In this document: positions 11,971 to 25,577 of the stretch, in pieces
Layout: every line of letters starts with the position of its first letter
How positions within the stretch are numbered: position 1 is the first letter of the stretch
Assembly: GCA_028023455.1 (NCBI GenBank)
Contig: JAQFVV010000003.1
Location: forward strand, 23,374,001-23,438,000
Source of the DNA: Epiperipatus broadwayi
Lineage: Eukaryota; Animalia; Onychophora
Direction: 5' to 3'
DNA: 64,000 nt
The notes under the pieces: model-generated
What the model was told of the DNA's origin: nothing
What the model saw: the letters and a program-made list of their open reading frames with translations, nothing else
Database searches by the model: none
Position numbers and translations under genes: made by a program

Positions 11971-13011
11971 CTGTGTTTCTCCCAAAATAAGATCTAATTT
12001 GAAAATATACCCTAGTATAATTTTTCAGAATGCTAGTAATATGAGCCTTACCCCAAATATAAGTCCTAGTTAAGATTTATCAGCCAGATGAATGGACTTT
12101 ATTTGTTAGTTGAAACACACAACAAATATATTAAATTATTAAGTAATGAATGCATAAATAAATAATATTAACATTAATGCTTTAAATAAATGATCACATA
12201 AATTATAATTAAGTATTTGTAAATACCCAAGTGGGATCTTTTGGATGAGATATTAATGGCTATGTATAATTATCACAAAACTTGGTGGCACTTATGCAGT
12301 AGACTATTTTTGTTTGGAGTGCCTATTCTCTGAAAATTTCATTAATGCTAAGGAGGAAGTGATTATGCATGTGCAAGATTGTAGTTTGTTATTGCCAACT
12401 TCATAATGACCTTCTCACTCACTTCAGTTGATGGGCATGAAAAGCTGCAACATATCTCACATATTCATTGCTTCCAAACTCTTGGAGAGGAAATGGCTTG
12501 GATATTAGGAAGAGGAAAGGGTTTACAATGTGCTCACTTAATAATGGATGGCTATGGTTGTGTTTTATATGAATCTTCATAATTCAGTATGCCATGTGTT
12601 GTAATGAGCATACTTAATATGCTGGTATGAAATACAGAAATGTTTCCTAAATTTTTGAGCTCGTATTTTTTTATCATTTTTATGTGGATAATCATTCTTA
12701 ACAATAATTACTTTTGTTACCACTCCTGTCTTGAAAGTCTTCGATTAACATTTGATTTAATGGTAGATTTAAACATAATAATATTTTGATCCAGAGACAA
12801 GATGAGTCGTAAGAAATTCAGACCAGAATTTAGGATTTGGAGAGTTATGATGATGTTCCAGAAGATGTTATGACTGCATTAGAATAAATATATATTTTGA
12901 AAAAATATAAAAAAATTTATATGAAAGAATAAAACATATTCTAAAAATCAGCCCCAGGGATTTTTTGGATAAAAATTAATATAAAATCCAATCTCATTTG
13001 GGGGGAACCTC
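11971..13011. mobile_element. Decayed pogo/Tc1-mariner-superfamily DNA transposon
   Basis: Left end CTGTGTTTCTCCCAAAATAAGATCT followed by repeated AAAATAAG-CCCTA-type subterminal motifs, resembling pogo-type CCGTGTTTCCCCGAAAATAAGACCT termini; degenerate inverted end TCTCATTTGGGGGAACCTCG-TA; coding-like but stop-riddled interior. Confidence 0.55.
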
Positions 13012-14521
13012 GTATTTCATAATTAAAGCATATATTATAATAGTATTTTATGACGAAACAAATGTGTTATTTCGAATTATTATTTTGCTACAAATTATCA
13101 TTTCGACAAAGAAGTTACCAACGGGTTTTATAAGTTTATAATATTTTTAATTTACATGCACTACGTTTCATTAAATTGCTTAAAATAATAAATAATGGGA
13201 CCACCCTTGTTTTTAGAAATAAGAAAAAATATTATTAAATTATACTGTAACTTGATTGGATGATAATTTTCTCCTCTTCTTGGTTCCTGATTGATGGAAA
13301 AACGTAACTTAATATTAACTGCTGCTTTGGCTACTTTGATAGTAATAAACTTAATTAAGAGTTTTACTTTATTTAAATAACTGTTATTGTTCTGGTAGAG
13401 TCAGTTAGAATATATAGAACTTAGTTTGATCTTCGATATTTACTCAACTACATTGCTATGATTCTGAGGAGTTTTTACTATTATTATTAAGCTTTTAGTT
13501 TTAAAAAGAGTAAATTGATAATTACAAATAAGTTTAAAAGACTAGTCTTTTAATTTTCAGAATGTCAGAATACAAATTAAGAAGCATTTTGACTTTTATT
13601 CATTCTCTTTTTATATTAGCTCTGAACAGATCTTTTCTTTAAATAAAAAAAAAAAAAACAAGAAAAATTTTAAGTAAACTCTTTTCTCAACAATTATCCC
13701 ATTCAAATATTACTATCTGCAAAAACATAAATATTTTGGCATTAAGATACACAGAAGATTTGAAAAAATATCTTTGCAAGTTATCTTCTTTTTTGCTTTG
13801 AATTCCCTTAATTAATTAAAGGAATTATACAAAGTATAAGAATAACAAGACATTTTAAAAGTTATATTCAACTCAATGGTGGTAAAATAAAATATTTCCT
13901 CTTTAGTATTTTTAGCCCACTTCATATTTTAATTAGCTAATTAAAATTCTCAATTACATTCAACTTGTTAAACAATTTTCTAGATTACAATATTATTTAT
14001 AAACATTTATTTAACCAAAAATATTTTTTTTTAGAATCTCTATCTTTAAAAGACACACATACATATGATATATCTATATTTTATGTCTTAAAATATATAA
14101 CATATGGATTTACAATGATGAAAACATTATACTTACATTATTACTCTCATAAAATATTATTACCTACAAATATATTTTTATATAATACAAAATTCATGTT
14201 TAATCTTCTCACTGTTTTATTTCATATATATATATAGCTATTTAAGTTAGATAGCTGGATTTAAAGTCATTTACGTGTTTGAAATTTTCAGATTTTTTTA
14301 CTTAATAGTTACGTATTAGATAAGTGCAGGCTTTTGAGTTGGTATTTTAGATCTAGTATCTGAATGTCCTAGCTTCTGACTGAAGTAAACCAAAAGCTCA
14401 AAACCGATCAGCCAGGATAGGGATCATTCTAGATAGAGATTTTAAATGCCTTCTCTTGTCGCAGTTATGAATAAAAACTTGATAGAGCTATTGGTACACT
14501 TCCTATATTACCCCCACCCAC

Positions 14522-14522
14522 C

Positions 14523-14569
<47 letters not shown>
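14522..14569. repeat. (CA)n(TA)n compound microsatellite
   Basis: Direct reading. Confidence 0.95.
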
Positions 14570-14571
<2 letters not shown>

Positions 14572-16138
14572 TATACAGTAAAAAGGAAAGTAGTTTCTTT
14601 TAAAAAAACCTCTGCTAGTTAAAGGTCACTCCAATAATCACTCACAGAACAGCAAAAAAGAAAGCAGTACTCATCAGATTTGCTAAATGTGGGTGGCAAG
14701 AGTTGGAGCAGTGGATGGCAAAAGTTGGAATAGGTTTTTATTCTTATTTTATTCTCTAATGAACACTATCTAGATATCCATTTTGAAAACAATATTGGAT
14801 GGATATCTAAATTGGCCATGAACCAACTATCTGAAAGAAAAAAATTCAGATTCTTAAAAAAAAATTCACTTGGAATGGATTGAAATGCTAAGTCATGAGT
14901 ATAATAGGTGGATGCATAAACTCTGCACCATGAGACCTTCATAGGTTTTGCATATACTCTTATATAGATTATCTATACATAAGTAAGTTAAATCAGAAAA
15001 TAATAAATATAAAAGTAATACTATTTTAGTATATTTTAGCAACAAAAACATCAAAAAATGCATCTACAAAATCAATATAACATTAATAGACTGAAATAAA
15101 AGTAAACTTACAATTTGCAGAAGGTGAAAGAAAGATAAAGAAATTTTTAATATACACTTATAAATAGCACATGACTGGAGGTTTATTTCTTTTTATGATT
15201 AAAATAACAAACTGTAAAAACAAAATGTATGAATATAGATTCATTAAAATACAATCCATACTTTAATGAACTGCACTCTTTTTGACTACAGTTTCTATTG
15301 TTAAACAGTGACACAAATGTTAAGAAAAAAGCATATACAATAGCTACAATCATTAGATAATTTTTGGAAGGCTTGTGCTTGTTTACGATAAACATCAATT
15401 TTTTGATTAGGTCTAATAAATATTACAATATTAAGCTCCATATATCTTTGAATACAAAACTTTCCCCAGTACTTTTAATTTACTTTTTGTCTGAGTGAAT
15501 ATTGTGCCAAGAGAATAAAACACAAACATTGCATATTTAAATAAGATCCAGATATCGGTAACACATGGAAGATGCAGTAAAAAGGACTAAATATGGCAAC
15601 ATTTGTCTCCTCTTTCATAAGCAGATTAAATCAAATAATTATAATAAAACTATTTGAAAAACAACTTTTAATTATATAGTTTTGCCACAAAGTATTTTGT
15701 TATCTAGAAGAGTAACATTTAACCTGAACAATCAAACACTGGTCAATTAAAATATTTTTGCATTATTACAAAAAACATTTTAATAATGTTCAAATTCCTA
15801 ACACATATGCAGATATATTATTCTAACTGATAAGTTAGTTAACATATCAGAAAAAATATTTCAAAGATTTTTTTAGCTTTATACTGAAACAGAAAATGTA
15901 TTTTTTATTAATTCTTTTAGGCATAACATGTATATAGTATTATTAGTTAACACTTTTATAAAATAGTTCAGAAGAACTTCTTAGCTTTTTTCATTATAGT
16001 ATTCCACCACCCCCATGTCTCCATATCCAATATCATTTGATTCCAAGTCTTTATATATAAATATCTGAAACATGGATAAAAGAAAAGCTTGTACAATATA
16101 TATATTTCATAAATATAGTAATTAAATAGTACATAAAT

Positions 16139-17677
16139 AAAACAGGCAAAACTCTCCATACAGTAATGCCACCCTGTGCCAACTAGAGTAATCAATGGAT
16201 CAGAAGGCTTGTGCATAAAATCCCCATCTAGTGCCTACTCATTCAATATTAGTTTCTGGCTTGTGGCCTTCATCAGTGAGGAGCCTTGAATCTGAGATCA
16301 CTGCACCTAGATCTTAGGATCTAATGCAGCCCTCCAGCAGCCACCTTTTATCTCTACTTAACTACAAAACTATGAGAATGAAATTTAAAACACAATAATA
16401 TTTTCAATTTAAGCTCAATAGCTTATATAGTCATATGGGTCTGAACTCAGTTTAGCACCCATACATTTTGGTGTCTTTGGCTCTTTAGCAACCATAGCCA
16501 CCACTATCCTATTAGGCAGGATTGGTATTAAACCACTAAACATCATATGATCACCATTTTTTATGCTAGCACATAACTGTTATTAAACAGGCAAAACTCT
16601 CTGTACAGTAGTCCCACCCTGTGCCAACCAGAGTAATCAATGGATGTCAGAAAGCTTGTGCATAAAATCCCCATCTAGTGCCTACTCATCCAATATCCCC
16701 AGATTAGTTTCTAGCTTGTGGCATTCATCTGCGAGGAGCCTTGGATCTGAGAGCACTGCACCTAGATCTTAGTTTGTAGTTAGGTAGACATAAATGGTTG
16801 CTGCTGGAGGGATGCATTAGATTCTAAGATCTAGGTAACTAGTCTGGGGATATTGGATGAGTAGGCACTAGATGGAGATTTTATGCACAAGCCTTCTGGC
16901 ACCCATTGATTACTCTGGTTGTCACAGGGTGGCATTACTGTACAGAAAGTAATAGACAAACGGTGACTGCTGGAAGGATGCATTAGATCCTAAGATCTAG
17001 GTGGAGTGCTCTCAGATCCAAAGCTCCCCATTGATGAAGGCCACAAGCCAGAAACTAGTCAGGGGATATTGGATGAGTAAGCACTAGATGGAGATTTTAT
17101 GCTCAAACTTCTGGCATCCATTGATTACTCTGGTTGGCACAGGGCAGGACTACTATATGGAGAGTTTTGCCTGTTTAATAACATGTGCTAGCATAAGAGA
17201 TGGTGATCATGTGATGTTTAGTGGTTTAACACCAATCCTGCCTAATAGGATAGTAGTGGCTGTGGTTGATAAAGAGCCAAAGACACCAAAATGTATGGGG
17301 TTGAACTGAGTTCAGACTCATATGGCTATATAAGCGATTGAGCCTAGATTGAAAATATTGTGTTTTCAATTTCATTCTCATTGTTTTGTAGTTAAGTAGA
17401 GATAAAAGGTGGCTATTGGAGGGTTGCATTAAATCCTATGATCTAGGTGCAGGGCTCTCAGATTCAAGGTTCCTCAATGATGAATGCCACTAGACAGAAA
17501 CTCATCTGGGAATATTGGATGAGTAGGCACTAGATGGAGATTTTATGCAAAAGCCTTCTGGCATCCATTGATTACCCTGGTTGGCACAGGGTGTCACTAC
17601 TGTATGGAGAGGTTTACCTGTTTAATAACAGTTATGTGCTAGCATAAGAGATGGTGATCATGTGATGTTTAGTGGTA
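16139..17677. mobile_element. Hammerhead-containing repeat family B: tandem (445/446-bp period) and inverted units
   Basis: Minus-strand units 16139-16770 (AACAGGCAAAACTCT at 16141 and 16586); plus-strand units 16770-17677 (GAAACT at 17051 and 17497); hammerhead motifs at ~16245-16290(-), ~16690-16745(-), 17015-17073(+), ~17462-17520(+). Confidence 0.8.
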
Positions 17678-18055
17678 CTATATAAATATATAATAATATT
17701 ACTAATGTAAATTTTAACATATGTCTTCTGCTAAAAATGTACTTTCAAGCTTTAATATCAAAATTAACAATTGTGAATATGGATAAATAGAAATTTCATT
17801 ACTATATTTAGTTGAATCTCAACTACTTTTCCAGACAACAAATGCATGTGATTATCGACAGAAGCATATATCCAGCACATATTAGTTTTATTTTCTTCAG
17901 TCATTGCCACTCGCAATATCATGGAAAAATTTCTATGGAAGTCATAAGTTAAAATTAACATCAGTAATAATATATATATGATATGAAATATAATTAAAAA
18001 AATATACACATTTAGATATCAATAAAAATAGTGAATAAAATATATATATATATAA

Positions 18056-18476
18056 AAGTTTTTTTTAATAATGCTTTTATGTAAACAGTACTAGTTGACT
18101 AAAAAGTAAAAAAAAAACTAAATCTCGATTAATTTGCTATTCTTGGAAAATATCAGAGATCTTAAAAATCTCAACCTGTTATAAAACTATTAGAAATTGC
18201 AAGAATATTGTCATTTCAAAAAGGCATCATTTAAGGCTCAAATAAATCATAAAAATCAAAAAGGCCTTAAATGCTTTTATGAAATGATAATATTCCTGCA
18301 ATTTCCAATTGTTTTATAACAAGTCTAGATTTTTAAGATTTCTGACATTTTCCAAGACTGGTAAATTAACTGAGGTTCTTTTTTTTTTTTACTTTTTAGT
18401 TAGATTACTTTATTATTTTTCTACTTTTAGTCAGCTAGTATGGTTTACATAAAAGCATTATTTAAAAAAAAAACTT
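18056..18476. mobile_element. Fold-back MITE with ~180-bp inverted arms
   Basis: Left arm ~18056-18238 is the reverse complement of ~18263-18476 (with a ~25-bp insertion in the right arm). Confidence 0.75.
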
Positions 18477-18763
18477 GACAAAATTTATGATATAATAAGA
18501 TATGAAAAAGACCAATTAAGACAACAATGTAGATGTGATGTGGAAACTCCTGAACAAAAAAACTTTTATTTATTAAATCTTTTATCTTATTTAACTGTAT
18601 TAAAAACAAAAAATGGTTAAAACTAAAAAAAAAATCTCAGCCAAAGCAAAACTCAAATATGTGGACCTACAGACTGAAATATACAGAATTAATGTTAATC
18701 TAAGACAGAAATGTACACAGACATAGTAAGTTAATATAAAATCATAATATAATAAAAAATTAA

Positions 18764-19272
18764 AGAGAAAGGATTTCACCTTTTTAATATATGCACCTTA
18801 CTGCTTTTATAATAACTGAATGCAGTCATGTTGAGTATAGAGGAAACTCTCAAACCCAAACAAAAGATAGAGACTTTATAAAAATAAGAGTGGCCATCTT
18901 ATCTTTAACCTAAATTCTGATTTATATAGGCCAATCAGAAGCTTCTTGGTTTGAAAGTGTGAAAATGTTACTCTATTCACTTTTAAATCCATCACTTTCT
19001 TACATACATTAACAATCACAAAATCTTTCAATTTATTATGTGTTAATATTACAAATTAATAGAAAATTTGTGACATTCAGATTTACTTATTAAGCTCATA
19101 GATTGGCCTACATAAATCAGAATTTAGGTTAAAATAGGAAGACCACTCTTATCTTTATATAGTCTCTATCTTGGATTTGGGTTTGAGAGTTTCCTCTGTA
19201 TTCAACACGACAGTGTTGAGTTATTATAAAATCAGTAAGTAGTATATGTTAAAAAGGTAAAATCCTTTCTCT
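18764..19272. mobile_element. TTAA-flanked MITE with long TIRs (Kolobok/T2-like)
   Basis: TTAA-AGAGAAAGG...CCTTTCTCT-TTAA (TTAA at 18760-18763 and 19273-19276); arms of ~180 bp pair with each other; TTAA TSD plus purine-purine 5' end is the Kolobok/T2 pattern. Confidence 0.7.
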
Positions 19273-22059
19273 TTAATTTCATATGATCTATGCACTTAAT
19301 AAATAAATCTGAACATTATATAGTAAAAAATCTATAAGAGAGACCAAAAGCTGAGTAGATAAAATGAGGAAATAGTTGACTGAAATGGTTCATGGTAATA
19401 TTTATACAGGATATAAAACCAATAGGTTATGCTAGAACAGGATCCAAGTTTCAGATATATTTTTAAAAGACCATACACTCTTATTAGCAACACTCTATTT
19501 TAAACATTGCAGAAATGATTTATCCATTCCAGGTTCTCACTGTATTGTAGATTAAAACTGGAATGAAAACTAATGTCTATCTTGCTTATTCCAGATTTTT
19601 AAGACATTTGAATATTATAATGTCGATAGAAAAATGTTTAACTATAGATGAAATGTATATAATGTTGTGCCAAATATTATACATATAATAATTCAAATAA
19701 AATGATTTATTGTTTTATTATGTGTGTGTATAAGTATATATAATCTCTATCATTACTATAAATAATATTAAACACTGCAACAGAGAATAAAAATATATTT
19801 GTTTATTTAAATTCGGTCTTTTTAAAGTTCTCAGAAAAATGTATTTCAATATAAATAATACTTACAACATGTATACTAAAAAAATCTTGTTTAATACTTT
19901 GAAATAAAAATGTTAAATACATCAACATAATATGCTGAGCGTGCTTTCAACTAACTAGTCATCATACTCATAGCTACAGTGTTTTAATATTATATATATT
20001 GTAAAATATTTGCTGTTCCTCTGGGTTTTATACATGTCTATACTACATTAGCAAATAAATTTTATATCAACACACACATATAACAATAAGTAAAATATTA
20101 ACTACTATTTCCGATGTAAAGATTTAGTTGCTTCAAACCTCTTAAGTAAGAGATGCTGCTGTGAAATTTTTACACTAGGGAATTAATTATAATAATTTCA
20201 AAAAGAGGATTGCACTAATATGTGCTTCTCCAACCGATGTCAAATAATATATATATATTTCCTATTCCTCTGGATATGAACAGAAAAATTCTTGATACTG
20301 AGAATAATGTATATGAGATTAAACACATCATTGCAAATGTTCAAAACGTTTTAAGCAATTTAAAGGTATTTATGAATATTGTGTTTAACATCAGGCAAAG
20401 TGTTCAAAATTTATTATTTAATCCAGTTTTGTAATTTAAACAAACTAGTTTAAAAGAACTAGACAAAAGTCATTATCTAAACTCAAATAAAATGCAGTAT
20501 TAATTATTATTATCAACATTTTTATTATATGTTATTTTAAGTTAATATATCAAGCAACTTGAAAAATAGTGTGAGATTATATCTTCATAATTAAATACTA
20601 GTCTTGAAGATTGTTTTGAGAATGTAAAACAAGTTGAATTCTCACATGCTTACATAGAATAACTTTTTTTATATTAATATGTATTTTTTTTTTTAGGTAA
20701 AGGATTACATTATAGTCTTTAATATATTATGTATTCACAATGGTGGCATTAATATTCTTTAAGAACTAACTCATTGCTTTTCTTCTTTGAAGGAGAATCA
20801 TCTTGTCACAGGGTATCAATAAGAAACAAAGACACTGATATATCAGGCAATGTTTGAGCTATATTACTGAATGTTTCATTTGGAAGGTAATCGCTATTTG
20901 TAGCAAAGTAGAAATCTTTCCACCATTGTATATTGTACAAATAATTCATTTGAAATTAAATATGCTATATTTAAAAAAGTAGTATATCTTGAGTCTTACA
21001 GCCAATCAATGTGCTTGTTTTTAATTAAGAAAGAATAAGATTATTCCGAGGGTAATAATTGCTCTGAGATAATTTTTGTAATCTTTTAACAAACAAATGC
21101 TGTGATTTTAATTGGTTAACTGTTTCGTCGTTATATTAGGCTTATATTAATATATATTTTATTTACTGCTGTCAACATTTTTTTCTATATGAAGTTGTTA
21201 TTATGTATGAATGACAATATTATATGCATATCAACACACACACATGTGAAGTCAAATAAACCAACAAGATTACTAATCTTTGAAATTCTTTTTACTCAAG
21301 AGAACACACATGAAATAAGTTTATAAAAACAATATAGTTATGAATATAATTTAGTAATCACTTGTACTGTAGGTTAATTAATAGTAATGATTTATCAATT
21401 TATCCATAACTTAAATCCTTGGAAGTGCATTTAATAATGATAATAAATCATATTATTTTATGAATTGACTATTTTAATGATATAAGGAAGTGAGTTGAAG
21501 TTAAGATAATTTGTTATAAATAGTTTATTATAAATTATTAATTATTTAATAGTTATATTAAAATTAAGTAAATTTAACTCAAGCATCATTTTGGGTATGT
21601 TTAAAATAAATAACCAGTTTTTATTATCAACAGAGATATGTTACAACAATTAACCATTAATTGAAAGTTATCCAACAATACTGATTGCCACATTGTAACT
21701 GAAACTGAAAATAGAGCAACAGACAATATACAGTATGGCAATACTTATCACTAAGAATTTAATATATATCCTAAATAAAGATGCTATATATCTATTTATA
21801 TGCTATGTAGATACATAGTTATAATTGGCTATATTTTAAATGAACCATTAATGGAAATAGTAGGAATGGTTGGTGAACATTCTATCCTAGGTTATTGTAA
21901 ACCTGGTAATACTCAAAGGAAGAACATATAATATAAAATTAATCATTCCTACAATTAATTTAATCTCCTTATCAATTATTATAACCATTTCAATTTTATT
22001 CTTTCCATCTTCTCTTATGTATATATATGATGTCGTTACTATTTTTCATTATTAAAGCC

Positions 22060-22340
22060 TAGATACATATGGACCAGTACAGTTAATACAGATCCCATGC
22101 AGGAGATTTTAATCTCTCAAAGAGGATAATTCATTATTAATTCATAGGTAAAAATAGCTGTATACCAATTTAATGACAAAATTGGAAGAATATCTAGGTC
22201 AGTAATGATCCAACTATTTGAAAAAAAAAATTCTAAGTCTGTTTGAAAGTTTGAAATTTTTTTACTGTCATTGAATTTGAATCTTAGATTGTAGGCATGG
22301 CATGTAAATGCTTTAACCATTTCACCATGTTGCTCTTCAT
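22060..22340 (-). mobile_element. Old tRNA-derived SINE
   Basis: Minus strand head GAGCAACATGGTGAAATGGTTAAAGCA (A-box-like)...AGATTCAAATT (B-box-like). Confidence 0.45.
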
Positions 22341-24103
22341 ACACACACACACATATATATATATATAGTTTTTTTTAAAAAAACAACAACAATTATATGT
22401 TCTCCATTGAGAATTAAAAATCACTTATCATTAAAATTTAAAACTTAGTTATTTTCTTAATTTTCCAAGAAGAATAAATTGTTAAATTTTAATATTTTAT
22501 TTCTACATTGTGATACTTTATGTCAATATTGTTTGATACTTCCATTCAACTAATTCTCAACCAATCAATTTCTTATAATTTGTGACTACAATGATAATAA
22601 TGTTGAAATAGGTAATTTTTGAAGTGCTATCATTATATATTTTTTAATTATACAGTGATGACAAACCTATATCATGTGTGCCATCTCTGGCACATCCAAA
22701 TTTTTTACTGGCACGCAAATTATTCACATATAATTTTCTATGCTTTAAATTATTCAATATTTTTTGTTATTGCTAAAATCTGTACTAATAATAATTAAAA
22801 AATAAATAAAAATTTACTGTAAACTAAAGGTAAAATCAATAAATATAATATTATATTAGAATTTAATTTACAATTGAACTCTGATTAGAAGCAATAAATA
22901 TGCAATCAATGCTATTAAACAATGTTTTTTTTTTGCTTGAAGTTTTGCTGTAAAAGTGAAATGTAAGGATAATGATATGTTTTAACATATTATAAATCTT
23001 TGATTTATAAACTTATTAAAGCTCATTTAAATTTACTTTTAAATAAATTTGTTACCATTATAATTAATATGACCAGTGAAAATAAAAAACAAAAATTGTG
23101 AAGCAATAGAGAATTTCAAAATTGGTGGACTGATGAGTATGGAATGATTAACAAAGACACCAAGGCAGTGTGTATTTTATGTTCTGGAGTAGTTGTATTA
23201 AAAACATCATCAATAAAATGGCATTATGAGACCAGTCATAAATCGCTCTGTAAAAAAAGTAAAAATGAACAAACAGATTATATTTCCCAAGTATTTAAAA
23301 ATATAAATATTCAATCAACATCTGTAATGAAATTTATCAAAAATCATTCAAATATAACTGCTGCTAGTTTTTTTATTTTAAATGTAATTGCCAAACATGG
23401 GGAAACCTTTTAATGATGGAGAATAGATGAAAAAAGCTTGGATGAAATGTGCACAAGTTTTTTTGAAGATTTTGGAAATGAAAGCAAAAATTATTCAGAG
23501 AATAAAATATTTATCATTGGCTAGAAGTACAGTTAAAAAAAGAATCCTGCAAATGGTTAATAACATAACTTACCAACCAAAAAGAAATATAAAATCTTTT
23601 AGTTTAATTTCTCTCTGCCTTGTTGAAAGTAAAGACATAAATGGATCAACTTGTTTAGCCATTTTTATTCACTATTTGTTGGGAATAATATCAAAGAAGA
23701 ATAGATCAGTTTAACCTCATTAGTAAAAACAATAAAAGGAAGAGATATTTGTAATGAAGTTTCAAATGTACTTGCTGAAAAAAAAAAAGATGTTGCCAAA
23801 ATTGTATCAGTAGCTACAGATGGTGCTCAAAGTTTACCGACCATATTGGACATTTAATTTTGGGGTTTACTTGCATTATATATCAGCAGGTTTTATGCAT
23901 GAAAGCCAGCTTTAAGCCACTGGGTGATATTCTGAATGTTGTGACTAAGTTAATTTTATATTTACACAAGCTCTAAATAAATGAAAACTTTTGAATATAT
24001 TGAGTGAGGTGAATTCCGTATGGTTTACTTATGTTCAACAATGTTTGATGGTTAATTGTTAAGTTGAGAAAAAGTTCTTCAAAGATTTGTTGAGTATTTA
24101 TAT

Positions 24104-24869
24104 CAGTGGTCTTCAACCCCCAGTCCACAGAGTGGCACCGAGGCACAGAAATTTTCTGCTGGTCCATGTGCTAGACTGGCAAGAAAGTTTGTAATAACAA
24201 AATAATATTTTAAACTTTTAATTAATATAAAAAATTATTATTTATTTTTTTCATCACATTTTTACCTGATTAAAAAAAAAGAAACAGAACTAAAACAAAA
24301 TCTAATCAATCATACATAAATTAATTTGTTTTTCTATTTATCACAGATGTTTATTGGGGGGGGGGGGTAGATTAAATGTTTTATTATTTTTCTAAAAAAA
24401 TTTAAAATTAAAAAAAAAGTTTTTAATTATACAAACTCCATATATATATATATAACTTCATCTTGTATATTTAACATTAAATACAGATATTACATTTATC
24501 ATAATCATTGTCATGTAATTACATTAGCTGTGATATTTCCCAACATTCAGGTGAATAACATTTTATTTTTGCATGTTTTAACAATGAAATAATAAACATA
24601 GGAATGCAGGCACATTAATGAGAATGTATTGTTTTCTATAGCAGTATGACTGAGCAACTCGAGAAAGAATGTTCAGCATGTGAAGGTAAGAAATACCATT
24701 ACAATACGCAGTAACTAGTGTGCTGTTTTGGTCAGTTATAACAATTATGCTCATCTAAGGCTAAGCAGTTTACATTTTTAACAAAATTTATCTGTAAACT
24801 TCTGCCAGTCCATGAAACCTTATCCTTATTTTTGCCGGTCCACAGGTGTAAAAAGGTTGAAGACCACTG
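24104..24869. mobile_element. Non-autonomous hAT MITE nested in the transposase
   Basis: Perfect 15-bp TIR CAGTGGTCTTCAACC/GGTTGAAGACCACTG; 8-bp TSD ATTTATAT/GTTTAGAT (6/8); transposase reading (RFVE..LDEIKLFL) resumes after it. Confidence 0.9.
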
Positions 24870-25577
24870 GTTTAGATGAAATTAAACTGTTTTTATGTAA
24901 TGAGAAAATCATTGAAAAATATAATGAATTAATGGATGTTGAATGGCTTTCAAAATTAATGTTTTTTTACTGATATGTGTTCACATCTAAATGAAATAAT
25001 TGTGAAGCTGCAATGTTATAATAAGCCAATTGTTGTCATGTTTGATTTGATCAAAGCATTTGAAGTTAAATTACAAATTTTCAATGATGACATTATTTCT
25101 TACACCTTCAAATATTTTCCAAATATAAAAAAGTTCTTGACTGATTTAGAATCTCATGAGAAGCCAGATCAAGTAAAATTGATGCAAGAGTTTTGCGCTG
25201 ATATTCAATCGATACTTGATGAATTTTGTTTAAGATTTACACACTTCAGACAATTTTCAGAAACATCAATATTTATTTTATATTCAGACATAATATCAGT
25301 GGATAGTCTAAATTATAAATTTTTGAGTAGCTTAATTTGAAAGATGTGGAAATGTAATCTAGTCAATTTTTAATCAGTTCTATGTGGAAACAGGAATTTG
25401 TTGATTTGAGGAATGAGTTAGAAACAATGGAAAATGATCGATTATTAGATATGTATAAAAGGAATGCTGAAGAAGAATTACTGACTGCCTGAAATGTTAT
25501 TCCTGAAACATTAAATGTTTAAAAAAATTAGCGACCGCTATATTATCAATTTTCTTCTTTACATATGCATGTGGATC

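Noticed and set aside
14640-14680. Minus-strand CTGATGA
   Set aside because: No stem II-GAAA downstream.
17088-17309. ORF with FWHPLI motif in family B
   Set aside because: Short, not kept open in other units; the resemblance to PLE C-termini is not sufficient.
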